Shown here in pieces: positions 40,910 to 50,885 of a stretch of 64,000 nt of DNA. Position 1 is the stretch's first letter, and each line of letters opens with the position of its first letter. The notes under the pieces are model-generated. The model ran no database searches, had not been told where the DNA came from, and worked only from the letters and a program-made list of their open reading frames with translations. The stretch covers positions 2,048,001-2,112,000 of the forward strand of contig CAXXIA010000002.1 of NCBI GenBank assembly GCA_963666985.2, in the 5' to 3' direction. The translations under genes and the position numbers were made by a program. Source of the DNA: Spirochaetia bacterium (GTDB taxonomy: Bacteria; Spirochaetota; Spirochaetia; DSM-2461).

Positions 40910-43312
40910 CTAAACCGATAGATTCAATTCCGTTCTGGCTATTATATCATCCTGGGTATCCGGCGACAAATTGGTAAAAAATGCCGAGTATCCGGCAACC
41001 CGTACGATGAGATCCCGATGGGATTCCGGATCCGATTGAGCGGCCAACAGAGTTTCCCTGTCAACGATGTTGTACTGGATATGCCATCCCTTTAAACCGT
41101 CAAAGAACGTATGGAGCAGTGATGCCAGAAGTTGGCGCTGATGAGGATTCTGAAGCATCTGGGGCGACATCTTCTGATTCAGCAACACACCTCCGGTGAT
41201 GTCTTCGGTAGGCAGTTTTGAGATGGATTTCATAACCGCCGTGGGGCCCAGTTTATCGGCCCCGCCGCTTGGGGAAGCGCCTTCGGCAAGGGGTTTACCG
41301 GATTTTCTTCCGTCGGGAGTCGCCGGCACCACGGCGCCGGCCGGAACATTGCCTGAAATACTTGACGTACCGGCGAAGTATCGGCAGCCGACGGCACCGC
41401 TTCCTTCCCTGATGGTTCGATAGTTCTTAATCTCTTCTATATAAGGAGCGTAAGCCCGAACAATCAGCTTATCGACATAGTCGTCATCGTTGCCGTATTT
41501 GGGCGCATGATTCATCAGCATCTGCCTTACCTTCTCTCCCTGTGGAGTGGAAAAGTCGGATTCAAGAGCTTCCAGCAACTGATCAACAGATATTCGTTGT
41601 TCCTCAAAAATGAGTTTCTTAATAGCCGCCAGAGAATCCGCAAGGTTGGCGATGCCCACCTGAAGACCTGAAACGAAATCATATTTACAGCCGCCTTCAT
41701 GAATCGTCATGCCCCGCTCCAGACAGTTATCGGTAAAGGCCGAGCAGAGAATATCCGGAGCTTCATCCCTCAGGACTATATCGATAGCCGAATCAATGGC
41801 AATTCCCGCCCCGGCATAAAAGCGTACTTGTTCATCCCAAGCTTCCATCAATTCATCAAAGGAACAGAAGTTCCGCAAATTCTTTTTGCTCGGATGAAAC
41901 GTTTTGCCGCTGGGTTTGTCCTCACCTCCGTAAAGGACGGCCATAAAGACTCTCATGAAGTTGAGAAAGTGTTTTCCCGTACAGCGGTAACCCCAAAGTC
42001 CGGGAATGGCAACTTCTATGCATCCGATGGCCGAATAGTCCCAGGCATCATCGGGATCAATTCCAAGTTTTCCCAGAGCCGGAAGAACCACCGAATCATT
42101 ATTAAACGCGGGCATTCCGAATCCCAGTCTGATAACTTCGATGCATTCGGAGAGAAACTCTTTGTTGATTCCGGGATGAAACCGCACGGAAAGATTGGGC
42201 TGGGTGAGCCGAGCGGCTCCTACCGATCTCAGGATAAGGAAGCTCATATCATTCACGCCGTCTTTATAATCCCGGGTTTGTCCGCCGATTGTAACATTCT
42301 GATAAAGAGGTCCGCCGGCGGAGAATCGTGTGTGAGACCAAGAACGGATTTTCTTAATGGAAACCATTTTTAGCCACATATTGGTGAGTGCTTCCATGGC
42401 CCAATTCTCGTCAAAAGTCCCTTTACTGCGGTCGGCTTCCAGAAAAGGCTGTAGGTATTGATCCAATCGTCCCATCGACAGGGAGTGTCCGTTGCTTTCT
42501 ATTTGAAGAACAACCTGGACGAACCAGCAAAGCTGCAGCGCCTGTTTGAAATTGACCGGTGGTTGTGTAATTAGGTGACGGCAGTTTGAGGTAATGGACC
42601 GCAGTTCTTCACGGCGTTTTTCGTCCGTGCATAAGTCGGCTTGAATCTGCGCCAAGTCGGCGAATCGGTTAATATAAATTTGAAAAGCTTCAATACCGAG
42701 AGCAATGGCTCTGTAGAAATGATACTTTTTTATTTCCGCTTCGTTAGTCATTCTCTTGCATTCTTCCTGCCGACCCAGAGTTTCATCCAGATAACTTTGC
42801 AATCCCCTGTTCAGCAGCTTGCGGAAATGAATGGCGATATGAGCGTCTCCTGAAGTGAGATTTCCTTCAGCCCTGATTATCTGAGCGCTGTGGATTTCCC
42901 GGAGTCTGTCGCTCATCATGGAACGGCCCTTATCAAGAGTCGTTTTTCCGTTCCACCATGTGCAGAGTTCCAGTAATTCTTTCTTGGTCTTATCATCCGG
43001 AAAGTAAGCATCTCCCGGGCGTTTTTCGAATTCATCAATTTCTTTTACAATCCATTCGGTCGCGTATTCCGGGAAAATGGGAGCGGCATAGATTGCGCTG
43101 GAATGATTTCCGACGATGATGTCTTCCGGCTCAATAACGAGAGTCATGTTCGTCAGTGTTTCTTTTAAGGCCAGGGCTCGTTTTACCACTATGGGCAGAC
43201 TGGGATTTGTCCTATAGATTTCAGTATAGTATCTGGCACGTTCGAGACAGATTGTCGGCTTTGTGGAAAGGATTCGGTTCCGATAGTCGTTCATTCTTTG
43301 TGACAGTTTCAT
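40910..43312 (-). CDS. ybiW: Glycyl radical enzyme, YbiW (PflF)-like
   Basis: TSGDAH, ESNGHS, SHTRFSAGGPLYQNVTIGGQ, IGCIE...WGYRCTG, TSSIS, RVAGYSAFF; start MKLSQ at 43312. Confidence 0.85.
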   Translation of the reverse strand: MKLSQRMNDYRNRILSTKPTICLERARYYTEIYRTNPSLPIVVKRALALKETLTNMTLVIEPEDIIVGNHSSAIYAAPIFPEYATEWIVKEIDEFEKRPGDAYFPDDKTKKELLELCTWWNGKTTLDKGRSMMSDRLREIHSAQIIRAEGNLTSGDAHIAIHFRKLLNRGLQSYLDETLGRQEECKRMTNEAEIKKYHFYRAIALGIEAFQIYINRFADLAQIQADLCTDEKRREELRSITSNCRHLITQPPVNFKQALQLCWFVQVVLQIESNGHSLSMGRLDQYLQPFLEADRSKGTFDENWAMEALTNMWLKMVSIKKIRSWSHTRFSAGGPLYQNVTIGGQTRDYKDGVNDMSFLILRSVGAARLTQPNLSVRFHPGINKEFLSECIEVIRLGFGMPAFNNDSVVLPALGKLGIDPDDAWDYSAIGCIEVAIPGLWGYRCTGKHFLNFMRVFMAVLYGGEDKPSGKTFHPSKKNLRNFCSFDELMEAWDEQVRFYAGAGIAIDSAIDIVLRDEAPDILCSAFTDNCLERGMTIHEGGCKYDFVSGLQVGIANLADSLAAIKKLIFEEQRISVDQLLEALESDFSTPQGEKVRQMLMNHAPKYGNDDDYVDKLIVRAYAPYIEEIKNYRTIREGSGAVGCRYFAGTSSISGNVPAGAVVPATPDGRKSGKPLAEGASPSGGADKLGPTAVMKSISKLPTEDITGGVLLNQKMSPQMLQNPHQRQLLASLLHTFFDGLKGWHIQYNIVDRETLLAAQSDPESHRDLIVRVAGYSAFFTNLSPDTQDDIIARTELNLSV

Positions 43313-43314
43313 GT

Positions 43315-44208
43315 TCAGCCTCCTATGCTTGCTGTGATTCCTTGTTCTTCCGCATATTCTCGGTATGGAATCAGAATCTCCGGATTCATCATGGTCAGAG
43401 GGAGGTTGTACTCCCGCCCAAGCATGGTGCTTTTTGATGCGCCCAGTGAGTGATAAGGCAGAAGATCTATTCGGGTAATACCCCATTCGGCCGCTCTTCG
43501 AATAATGGACTTAAGGCTTTTGTCGTCATTATTAAACCCATATATCACCGGAATCCGGGCTCGCAGCGGAACTTTTGACTTAAGGATTTTTAGAAAATTA
43601 CTTTCAACCAGCGACAAATCGCCTCCTGTGTACCGGCGGAATATTTCGGGATCGGTGTGTTTGAGATCACAAAGAAATTCATCAATAACGGGCAGAACGG
43701 TTTCAAGGTTGGTTTGCTGTACATGGAGGCAGGATTCAACCGCACACCGAATCCCTTCGTTTCTGAGGATCTGAGCTGTTTCGGCCAGAAAGTCCGCCTG
43801 CAGCAGCGGTTCTCCGCCGGAGAATGTAACACCGCCGCCCGAGGGGCCATAAAATACGGCATCCTTTCTGACAACAGCGGCGATTTCCGATGGAGAGTAG
43901 AAATGCCCTTTAATGTTTAAGGCTTTTGTTGGACAAAAAAACGCCCTTTCATCACATAATACCTCTCGTGAAGAGAATACAAGCTCTCCGGAAACCTCGG
44001 ACATCGGACCATTTTCAATCGAAAGACAGTCCCGACAGCCTATACAGCGTGATTTCTGATAGAGAAATTCCGGTTTCCGGAGCATCCCTTCCGGATTGGC
44101 GCACCACGGACAGAAAAGTGGACAGCCTTTTAAGAACACGACAGTTCTCAGGCCCTCTCCGTCATGTATGGAAAATCTTTGGATATCAAATACTAATCCG
44201 GTAGTCAT
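43315..44208 (-). CDS. Glycyl-radical activating enzyme (radical SAM)
   Basis: FDIQRFSIHDGEG, GCPLFCPWCANPE, ferredoxin-like CIGCRDC, GGVTFSGGEP; start MTTGL at 44208. Confidence 0.92.
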   Translation of the reverse strand: MTTGLVFDIQRFSIHDGEGLRTVVFLKGCPLFCPWCANPEGMLRKPEFLYQKSRCIGCRDCLSIENGPMSEVSGELVFSSREVLCDERAFFCPTKALNIKGHFYSPSEIAAVVRKDAVFYGPSGGGVTFSGGEPLLQADFLAETAQILRNEGIRCAVESCLHVQQTNLETVLPVIDEFLCDLKHTDPEIFRRYTGGDLSLVESNFLKILKSKVPLRARIPVIYGFNNDDKSLKSIIRRAAEWGITRIDLLPYHSLGASKSTMLGREYNLPLTMMNPEILIPYREYAEEQGITASIGG

Positions 44209-44221
44209 GACGGTATGAATA

Positions 44222-44303
44222 TATACTTTCCAACGAAAGTATACCAGCTTTCTATCGAAGGTTATAAGAGTTTCATTGACAACAAACAACAGTCCATTAT
44301 GAT
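44222..44303. promoter_or_regulatory. Divergent promoter region with phased CTTTC-N4-GAAAG boxes
   Basis: Perfect IR TATACTTTC-CAAC-GAAAGTATA; further half/degenerate boxes at +22 and +44 bp; TTGACA (44276)-16-TATGAT for deoR. Confidence 0.65.
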
Positions 44304-44314
44304 GGAACTGCAAA

Positions 44315-45070
44315 ATGACCAACTTCAATCAGCGTCAAAACGACATCATCAAGATTTTAGGCAGTCGGAAGCAGGTTTCCGTGAAGGAATTGTCGGAGGA
44401 ATTCACAGTTTCTTCGGTTACTATTCGTACGGATCTGGGGATTTTGGAAGAACAGGGACTGGTTATCAGAACTCATGGAGGCGTGGAACTGCCGTCATCC
44501 GATAATCTTTCACGCCGTTTGGCCCAAAATTATGCCCAGAAAAGTTCCATTGCCGAAGCGGCCTTGCGGTTTGTCAGTTCCGGAGACTCAATTCTTTTGG
44601 AATCCGGCTCCTGTGTAGCGCTTATGGCTCGGCTTCTCGGTGGAAAGAGGCGACTGACCATTACAACCAACAATGCTTTCGTTGCCCGGCAGATACCGAA
44701 ATCCCAAGACCTGAAGGTTGTTCTCATAGGCGGTGTTTTTCAACAGGAAAGTGAAACAATGGTGGGCGGGATGGTTAAGGAATACCTAAATTATTTTAAC
44801 TTTGATAAGGTTTTCATGGGAGTGGATGGAATCGTGCCTGAATACGGTGTTATGTGCCGTGATATAGAACGGGCGGAAGTCATGGCCGAATTTGTCGATC
44901 GGGCCGGAGAAGTGATTCTGCTTACCGATTCAACCAAATTCGGCCGAATGGGCCTTAAAACATTCAGCCCCCTGGAAAAAATCAGTCGGATTGTTACCGA
45001 CAGCGGTATTTCCGATGAGGCAAAGGAAACAATCACGAAAGCAGGAGTGGAATTGCTTATCGCAGGCTGA
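44315..45070 (+). CDS. DeoR/GlpR family regulator
   Basis: VSSVTIRTDLGILEEQGLVIRTHGG, DSTKFG. Confidence 0.93.
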   Translation: MTNFNQRQNDIIKILGSRKQVSVKELSEEFTVSSVTIRTDLGILEEQGLVIRTHGGVELPSSDNLSRRLAQNYAQKSSIAEAALRFVSSGDSILLESGSCVALMARLLGGKRRLTITTNNAFVARQIPKSQDLKVVLIGGVFQQESETMVGGMVKEYLNYFNFDKVFMGVDGIVPEYGVMCRDIERAEVMAEFVDRAGEVILLTDSTKFGRMGLKTFSPLEKISRIVTDSGISDEAKETITKAGVELLIAG

Positions 45071-45090
45071 GGTCCGCGAAATCTTATATG

Positions 45091-46062
45091 CTATACGGCT
45101 TCCCGTTTTCTTTTTCTACTGTAACTGTCAAGGCAGAGAATCGTTACAACGACGACTCCCCGTATAACTTCCTGAGCATAGGGACTTACTCCCAGCATGT
45201 TCATGGAGTTCTCCATGACTCCAAAAACAAGGTATCCAACCAGGGCCAGGGGTGCACCGCCAACCCCGCCCGCCAGAGATGTGCCGCCGACAACGACCGC
45301 ACTAATAACGACAAGAGGAATCCTATCACCGTATATTGAGGATCCGGTATTCAATGTAGAGGACAGCAGGACTCCGGAAAACGCCGCCATCGCTCCGCAT
45401 ATGACATAGGTGGCAGCCTGAATCTTGCGGACGCTGATTCCGGAATATTCTGCAACCTCATAATCGCCGCCGATTGCATAAATATTTCGACCGAACTGTG
45501 TGTAGCGCAGCAGAATATGCACCAAAGCAAAGATGATAAGCATGATGACAATCAGATTGGGAATAACTCCGAAAAGCATACCATTGCCGATCATCATGAA
45601 TTTTACATTGCTCGGTGAAACAGGATGAGCATCGGTCAGCTGCTGGGCAACCCCTGTTAATACCAGCCCCATTCCAAGCGTTATAATGAAGGGAGCACAT
45701 TTCTGATAAACCACCAGAAAGCCGTTAATCAATCCGATAAAAGCTCCGACAAGAACCGCACAGATAATTGAAAGCCATATCGGCAGTCCGGCATTCATAC
45801 ACATGATGGCGATAATACCGCCGAGACAGAGTGTTCCTCCAATGGAGAGATCGATTCCTTCGCCGATTATAACCAGAGTTATACCGAAGGCAAGAACAAT
45901 GTAAATTGAAGCGGAGTTCAGCAAATCAAGAAGGTTGTAACTGGTAAAGAAATTTGTCGGGAAAAAAATCATAAAGAATAGAATGGCGATTATTGCCAGT
46001 ACTGCTTTTTGCTTTGTTATGAGCTTTATGATATTTCCGCTTTTTGCCTGATTGTTCATCAC
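45091..46062 (-). CDS. Sugar ABC permease (RbsC-like)
   Basis: GIDLSIG, TQFGRNIYAIGG, AVVVGGTSLAGG. Confidence 0.92.
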   Translation of the reverse strand: MMNNQAKSGNIIKLITKQKAVLAIIAILFFMIFFPTNFFTSYNLLDLLNSASIYIVLAFGITLVIIGEGIDLSIGGTLCLGGIIAIMCMNAGLPIWLSIICAVLVGAFIGLINGFLVVYQKCAPFIITLGMGLVLTGVAQQLTDAHPVSPSNVKFMMIGNGMLFGVIPNLIVIMLIIFALVHILLRYTQFGRNIYAIGGDYEVAEYSGISVRKIQAATYVICGAMAAFSGVLLSSTLNTGSSIYGDRIPLVVISAVVVGGTSLAGGVGGAPLALVGYLVFGVMENSMNMLGVSPYAQEVIRGVVVVTILCLDSYSRKRKREAV

Positions 46063-46073
46063 TGTTACCTTTT

Positions 46074-47081
46074 TTAGCGTTGTCTTTTTGCGTCTAACCA
46101 GATTGCAGAGACCAGAATTAGTCCTCTCATAATATTTTGCATAAAAACATCAATTCCAAGCATGTTCATGCAGTTGCCGAGGAGGATAACCAGCAACGTC
46201 CCGATAACCGTTCGAATAACGCTGCCCTTGCCGCCAAGCAATGATGTACCGCCTACAACAACCGCCAGAATTGCTTGTGTTTCGTATCCTTTACCCAGTG
46301 TCGGTGATGCTTGAGTTACTCGTGAAAACAGAATTATACCGCTGAGTCCGGCCATAAAACCGTTTATGGTAAACATACAGATAATGCCTTTAGTTATTGA
46401 GATACCGGAAAGTCTTGCTGCGGTTTTATTTCCGCCTATAAGGTTTATTGTACGTCCCAGATAGGTTTGGCTCTGAAATATATAAAGGATGGTTACGATA
46501 AAAAGGAAGATTAGAAACGATACGGAGAAAATGCCGACAGTTCCCGAACCGATAACCGTAAACAGGGAGTAATCCGCTTCCATATAAGTCAGGTAATGAG
46601 TGACTCCGCCGGTATAAAGCATCGCCAGACCACCGAAAACAACCATTGTCCCATAGGTAATAAAAAGAGCTTCCGCCTGAGTCGTTGCTCCGCTTCCCAA
46701 TATGAGCAGGCTGTTGATAAATCCGCAAAGTGCTCCGGCAATTAATCCCGCAATAAGCGCCGTAACCATGCCATAAGGTTCGATCATTGAATGGGTTATA
46801 ACAACAACCAGAGGAATGGTCCCTGAAACCGAAAGATCGATAAAACCTCCGATGATGACAAAGGTCATTCCGAGGCAAACCATAATGAGCGGTCCGAATT
46901 GCCGCATGATATTCGTCAGATTTGCAATGGTGGCAAATTTCGGTTCAATTATTATGGTGATGATCGAGAGGATGGCAATAGCGAACAAAACCATATATTC
47001 CTTGGAAAATTCAACGATTGCACTTCGATCAATTTTAATTCGTTTTAAGAGAGGCTCTTTCAATGACAATTGCTCGGACAT
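46074..47081 (-). CDS. Sugar ABC permease (RbsC-like)
   Basis: FIDLSV, IGGNKTAARLSGI, AVVVGGTSLLGG. Confidence 0.92.
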   Translation of the reverse strand: MSEQLSLKEPLLKRIKIDRSAIVEFSKEYMVLFAIAILSIITIIIEPKFATIANLTNIMRQFGPLIMVCLGMTFVIIGGFIDLSVSGTIPLVVVITHSMIEPYGMVTALIAGLIAGALCGFINSLLILGSGATTQAEALFITYGTMVVFGGLAMLYTGGVTHYLTYMEADYSLFTVIGSGTVGIFSVSFLIFLFIVTILYIFQSQTYLGRTINLIGGNKTAARLSGISITKGIICMFTINGFMAGLSGIILFSRVTQASPTLGKGYETQAILAVVVGGTSLLGGKGSVIRTVIGTLLVILLGNCMNMLGIDVFMQNIMRGLILVSAIWLDAKRQR

Positions 47082-47095
47082 GCCTCAACTCCTTG

Positions 47096-48583
47096 TTAAA
47101 TGCACTTTTCCATTATTTCCTGAGAGGTCGCTTTCTCAGGATCGAATTCTCCTGTAATTTCACCATCACAAATGGTGAGAACTCTGTTGCTCATATGAAG
47201 AACTTCCGGAAGCTCGGAAGAAATCATAATTATTGAACCCCCATTTTCGACGATTTCCTTCATTAACAGATAAATTTCATATTTTGCACCAACGTCAATT
47301 CCGCGTGTGGGTTCGTCCAGGATTAGAATTTTGGGCTTCAGTTCCATCCAGCGGCCGACGACGCACTTTTGCTGATTTCCGCCGGACAAATTGACAACTC
47401 TGGTTTTTGTCGAAGGTGTCTTAATGCCAAGGCTTTTAATTTGCCTTTCGGCCATGATTCTTTCTTCGGTTTTTTTGAGAAATCCGGCTTTGTTTTTCAG
47501 TCTGTCGAGGCTGGCCATAGATATATTTGATTCCACGGAAAAGGGTAGAATTAATCCCTGCAGCTTTCTGTCTTCCGGTACAAAACTAATACCGGCCGCT
47601 TTTGCATCTATGGGATTTTTTATTTTCACGGGGCTGTTGTTGATGAGGATTTCATGATCATAAGTTTTGTCGGCGCCGTATACGGCACGGACAATCTCGG
47701 TTCTTCCCGCTCCAACCAAGCCGACAAGTCCCAGTATTTCACCTTTTTTCAGTTTGAAGGATATATTTTTCAGTTTCTTGGTATTTATAGAACGTACTTC
47801 AAGCAATGTATCACCGGTACATCTCGGACGTTCGGGAAATTCATTCTCAATTGATCGTCCAACCATTTTGGTGATCATTTCACTTCTGGTTATTTCCGAA
47901 ATCGGTTTTGTATCAATAACTTTTCCGTCCCTCATTACGGTGACGATGTCACAGAAATCGAATATTTCATCGAGTTTATGACTGATATAAATTATAGAAA
48001 TACCTCGTTCTTTCAGCTGATGAATAATTTTTGCCAGATGCTGCATTTCCTCTTCGGTGAGGCTGCTGCTCGGTTCATCCATTATGATCAGTTTGGAATC
48101 AAAGGATAATGACTTTGCGATTTCAACCATTTGTTTTTCGGAAACGCTTAAGTCTCCAACCAAGGTATTTGTATCAATTGTGGAGCCGATGCTGTCGAGC
48201 AGGATTCTTGCCTTGGCATGTGTTCCGCGCATACCTCCAAGTTCTCGAAATCGGCCAAGAAAGACATTCTCTCCAACCGTCATCGTATTGATAATGTTCA
48301 GTTCCTGATAAATGATGCTAAGTCCCATTTCCATGGACTTATGCGGAGTTGTACTTTGAATTTCCTTACCATCAAAAGTAATAACACCGGAATCTTTTGT
48401 ATAAACTCCGGAGAGGATTTTCATTAGTGTTGATTTACCCGCTCCGTTTTCACCGACAATTCCATGAACGACTCCCCGGCCGACTTCGATTGAAACCTCA
48501 TCCAGAGCTTTTACTCCCGGAAAAGATTTACTTACTTTTTCTACGGTAAGAATGGCTCTCGGCATATTGTTATCCAAAGTCAT
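47096..48583 (-). CDS. Sugar ABC ATPase (RbsA-like, two NBDs)
   Basis: GENGAGKST, VPEDRK, LSGGNQQK, DEPTRGIDVGAK. Confidence 0.95.
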   Translation of the reverse strand: MTLDNNMPRAILTVEKVSKSFPGVKALDEVSIEVGRGVVHGIVGENGAGKSTLMKILSGVYTKDSGVITFDGKEIQSTTPHKSMEMGLSIIYQELNIINTMTVGENVFLGRFRELGGMRGTHAKARILLDSIGSTIDTNTLVGDLSVSEKQMVEIAKSLSFDSKLIIMDEPSSSLTEEEMQHLAKIIHQLKERGISIIYISHKLDEIFDFCDIVTVMRDGKVIDTKPISEITRSEMITKMVGRSIENEFPERPRCTGDTLLEVRSINTKKLKNISFKLKKGEILGLVGLVGAGRTEIVRAVYGADKTYDHEILINNSPVKIKNPIDAKAAGISFVPEDRKLQGLILPFSVESNISMASLDRLKNKAGFLKKTEERIMAERQIKSLGIKTPSTKTRVVNLSGGNQQKCVVGRWMELKPKILILDEPTRGIDVGAKYEIYLLMKEIVENGGSIIMISSELPEVLHMSNRVLTICDGEITGEFDPEKATSQEIMEKCI

Positions 48584-48649
48584 TACCTCCTCAATTACTA
48601 TACACGAATTCTGTATTGGCAGACTTTCTAAAAAAATCGTCAGTTTTAA

Positions 48650-48683
48650 AGCTGGGATGTTTCATTGTTGAAACATCCCAGCT
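48650..48683 (-). terminator. Perfect 15-bp stem-loop between the SBP and ATPase genes
   Basis: AGCTGGGATGTTTCA-TTGT-TGAAACATCCCAGCT. Confidence 0.6.
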
Positions 48684-48803
48684 CGATCATATTGAATTTT
48701 GTGTCAATGCCGACTGTTCGCTTGAATAGAACTCATGTCGGAAAGCCTGCTTAAGGCAAACCGGGGAATAATCTTCCATACCTTAATTTATAGAAGACTT
48801 TTT

Positions 48804-49763
48804 CTACCACTCAGGAGGAGTGAAATTATCAATATTGGATAAATCAACAATATCAAGTGGAACAAAATTGACGACTTTTTCGATTTGTTCGCCGTTAAGA
48901 ATTTTCTTTGCTGTATCAAGAGTAATTTGTGCCATCTTTTCGAAATTCTGCATGATCGTTACGCTCTGTTTCCCGCTTCTGACTTGATCAAAGCCTGCTT
49001 TGTTGCCGTCAACACCAACCATGAAAATCCCTGTCATATTTGCGGTTTCAAGGGCATTCAGAATACCTGTGGCTCCGCCGTCCCAATGACAGAAGACGCC
49101 TTCTATTTCATTACCATGCTTAACGATCATGTCTTCCATAATCATCATTGCCTGATTGGTATCCCATTGCTGGCAGGCTTTATAATCGATGACTTCAAGG
49201 TTGCTTCCGGCGATTTTCTTATTGAAGCCGTCATGCCTTTTAATTTGAGCGTCATGCCCGGACTGACCGCCGATTTCAACAATTTTTGCGCCATTCGGGA
49301 AATGATTCAGAAAAGCCTGACCTGCGGCTTCGCCGGCCATCAGGTCGTTAACACCGACGAAAAAGGATCTGGCGGTATCGGCGTATTCGGGAGGGACATC
49401 GGAAGAGAACATTCCGACAACAACGCCGGCGGCCTTTGCTTTTACCAGTGCCGGTACAATGGCATTAATATCATTCGGATTGAGAAAAATAGCATCAAGC
49501 TTCTGGGCAACCGCATTATTGACCAGTTGTGATTGTACCTGTGCATCACCTTTCCCGTCCAGGATTACGACTTCCAGGCCATAATCCGGAGCGTACTTCT
49601 GAAACATTTTAGCGGCAAAGGCTTGGGAAGGATTAGCCATTTCTCCCGGAATGAATGCAACTTTTGGCATACCGGAAGCGGATGAGTCATTTTGGCCGTT
49701 CGCAAACGCCATTGTAGCAACCATCAGTACGGCACAAATCAGTGCAATAACCTTGTTTTTCAT
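48804..49763 (-). CDS. Sugar ABC substrate-binding protein (RbsB-like)
   Basis: Signal peptide (..AFANGQ); RHDGF, WDTNQA, GVDG, TIMQ. Confidence 0.9.
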   Translation of the reverse strand: MKNKVIALICAVLMVATMAFANGQNDSSASGMPKVAFIPGEMANPSQAFAAKMFQKYAPDYGLEVVILDGKGDAQVQSQLVNNAVAQKLDAIFLNPNDINAIVPALVKAKAAGVVVGMFSSDVPPEYADTARSFFVGVNDLMAGEAAGQAFLNHFPNGAKIVEIGGQSGHDAQIKRHDGFNKKIAGSNLEVIDYKACQQWDTNQAMMIMEDMIVKHGNEIEGVFCHWDGGATGILNALETANMTGIFMVGVDGNKAGFDQVRSGKQSVTIMQNFEKMAQITLDTAKKILNGEQIEKVVNFVPLDIVDLSNIDNFTPPEW

Positions 49764-49796
49764 AGTTACCTCCATTTTGATACTATGATGTGTATC

Positions 49797-50285
49797 TCAA
49801 GCCGATTTCTCAGCTTTTTCCCGTTTTATAAACTCTCTTACGATTGAAACCACAAGATTGTGGTCTTCTTCGTCCGGCAAGCCGCTGACGGTAATAGTAC
49901 CGACAGGGCCTACGTTTCTAATCAGTATTGGAAAAGCACCGCCGAAAGCGGAATATTTCATACTGTCCAAAAAGAACATGTTTTCCATAGTTGATTCATT
50001 TTTTTCCAGGAGCGCCTTGATATAGGAAGAACTTTTTCCAAAATGATTAACAATGCGATTTTTCCGTTCTATCCACCGGTCGTTGTCCCGAGATGTTCCT
50101 TCGCACGCGTAGTGGAATATTTTCTGTGAGTTTTTTTCGATATCAATGGTTATCGGATATTTTTTTTCTTCTGCAACGGCCGCAATTCGCAGACCAACCT
50201 CCAGAGCGAGGCTGTTGGAAAAAGAATAGAACTGTAATTCATCATGTTCACATTCCTTCTTTGCCAAAAGATTATTTTGAGCCAC
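49797..50285 (-). CDS. GlcG/HbpS-like (UPF0303) putative heme-binding protein
   Basis: GTSRDNDRWIERKNRIV...GGAFPI...GTITVSGLPDEEDH. Confidence 0.8.
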   Translation of the reverse strand: MAQNNLLAKKECEHDELQFYSFSNSLALEVGLRIAAVAEEKKYPITIDIEKNSQKIFHYACEGTSRDNDRWIERKNRIVNHFGKSSSYIKALLEKNESTMENMFFLDSMKYSAFGGAFPILIRNVGPVGTITVSGLPDEEDHNLVVSIVREFIKREKAEKSA

Positions 50286-50303
50286 AATATGCCCCGCTGA
50301 TAA

Positions 50304-50367
50304 TTTTCATTCGATAATAACAAACTTTCATTTGAGGTATGATACTTTGACATATGGCTGTTGTCAA
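50304..50367 (-). promoter_or_regulatory. Promoter of the ABC operon with two degenerate TTTC-N4-GA boxes
   Basis: Minus-strand TTGACA (50367-50362)-17-TATCAT; boxes at 50304 and 50325. Confidence 0.55.
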
Positions 50368-50769
50368 TTTTTAATTTCAGAGATTTTTTTACTGTCTTTG
50401 AACCGGCGCAATTTTCTTTAGCAGAAGGAAATAAATCATTGCTTATTCAGCAATGTGAAATGAAAGCTGTTTGAGAAGAGGGGTATCCCGTGCTTTAAGA
50501 GGTGATGATTTGTGATTTTGGCTACTTCAGAAAGGAGGTAGGCATATACACTTCTTCTAATTAAGCATGAGAAAGTCTTCTGATGAGGTAAAAAATAACC
50601 GGGAAAGGAATTAAACAAACATTTCGAAGAGCTAAGCATTCTTTCTGAGAGCTATTAAGTCATCATACCGGCTTTTGGATAAAGTCCGGAGAATCATAGT
50701 TTTCTGAAAAGAACTCCTTCCCGAAGGACTTTTTGCGGAAAAAGGGGTTTTGAGTAACAAATCTTATTC

Positions 50770-50832
50770 TTGACAACTCTATTAGGGGCTTATAGTATTC
50801 GCAATTGACAAATATAAACTTTCATATGAAAG
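50770..50832 (+). promoter_or_regulatory. Promoter and palindromic operator upstream of the aroE-like gene
   Basis: TTGACA (50770)-17-TAGTAT; perfect palindrome CTTTCATATGAAAG at 50819-50832. Confidence 0.6.
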
Positions 50833-50885
50833 CCTTGGGTCGTGCTTTTTTTTGACTTAATTTTTACAAATTGAAGGACTGAATA

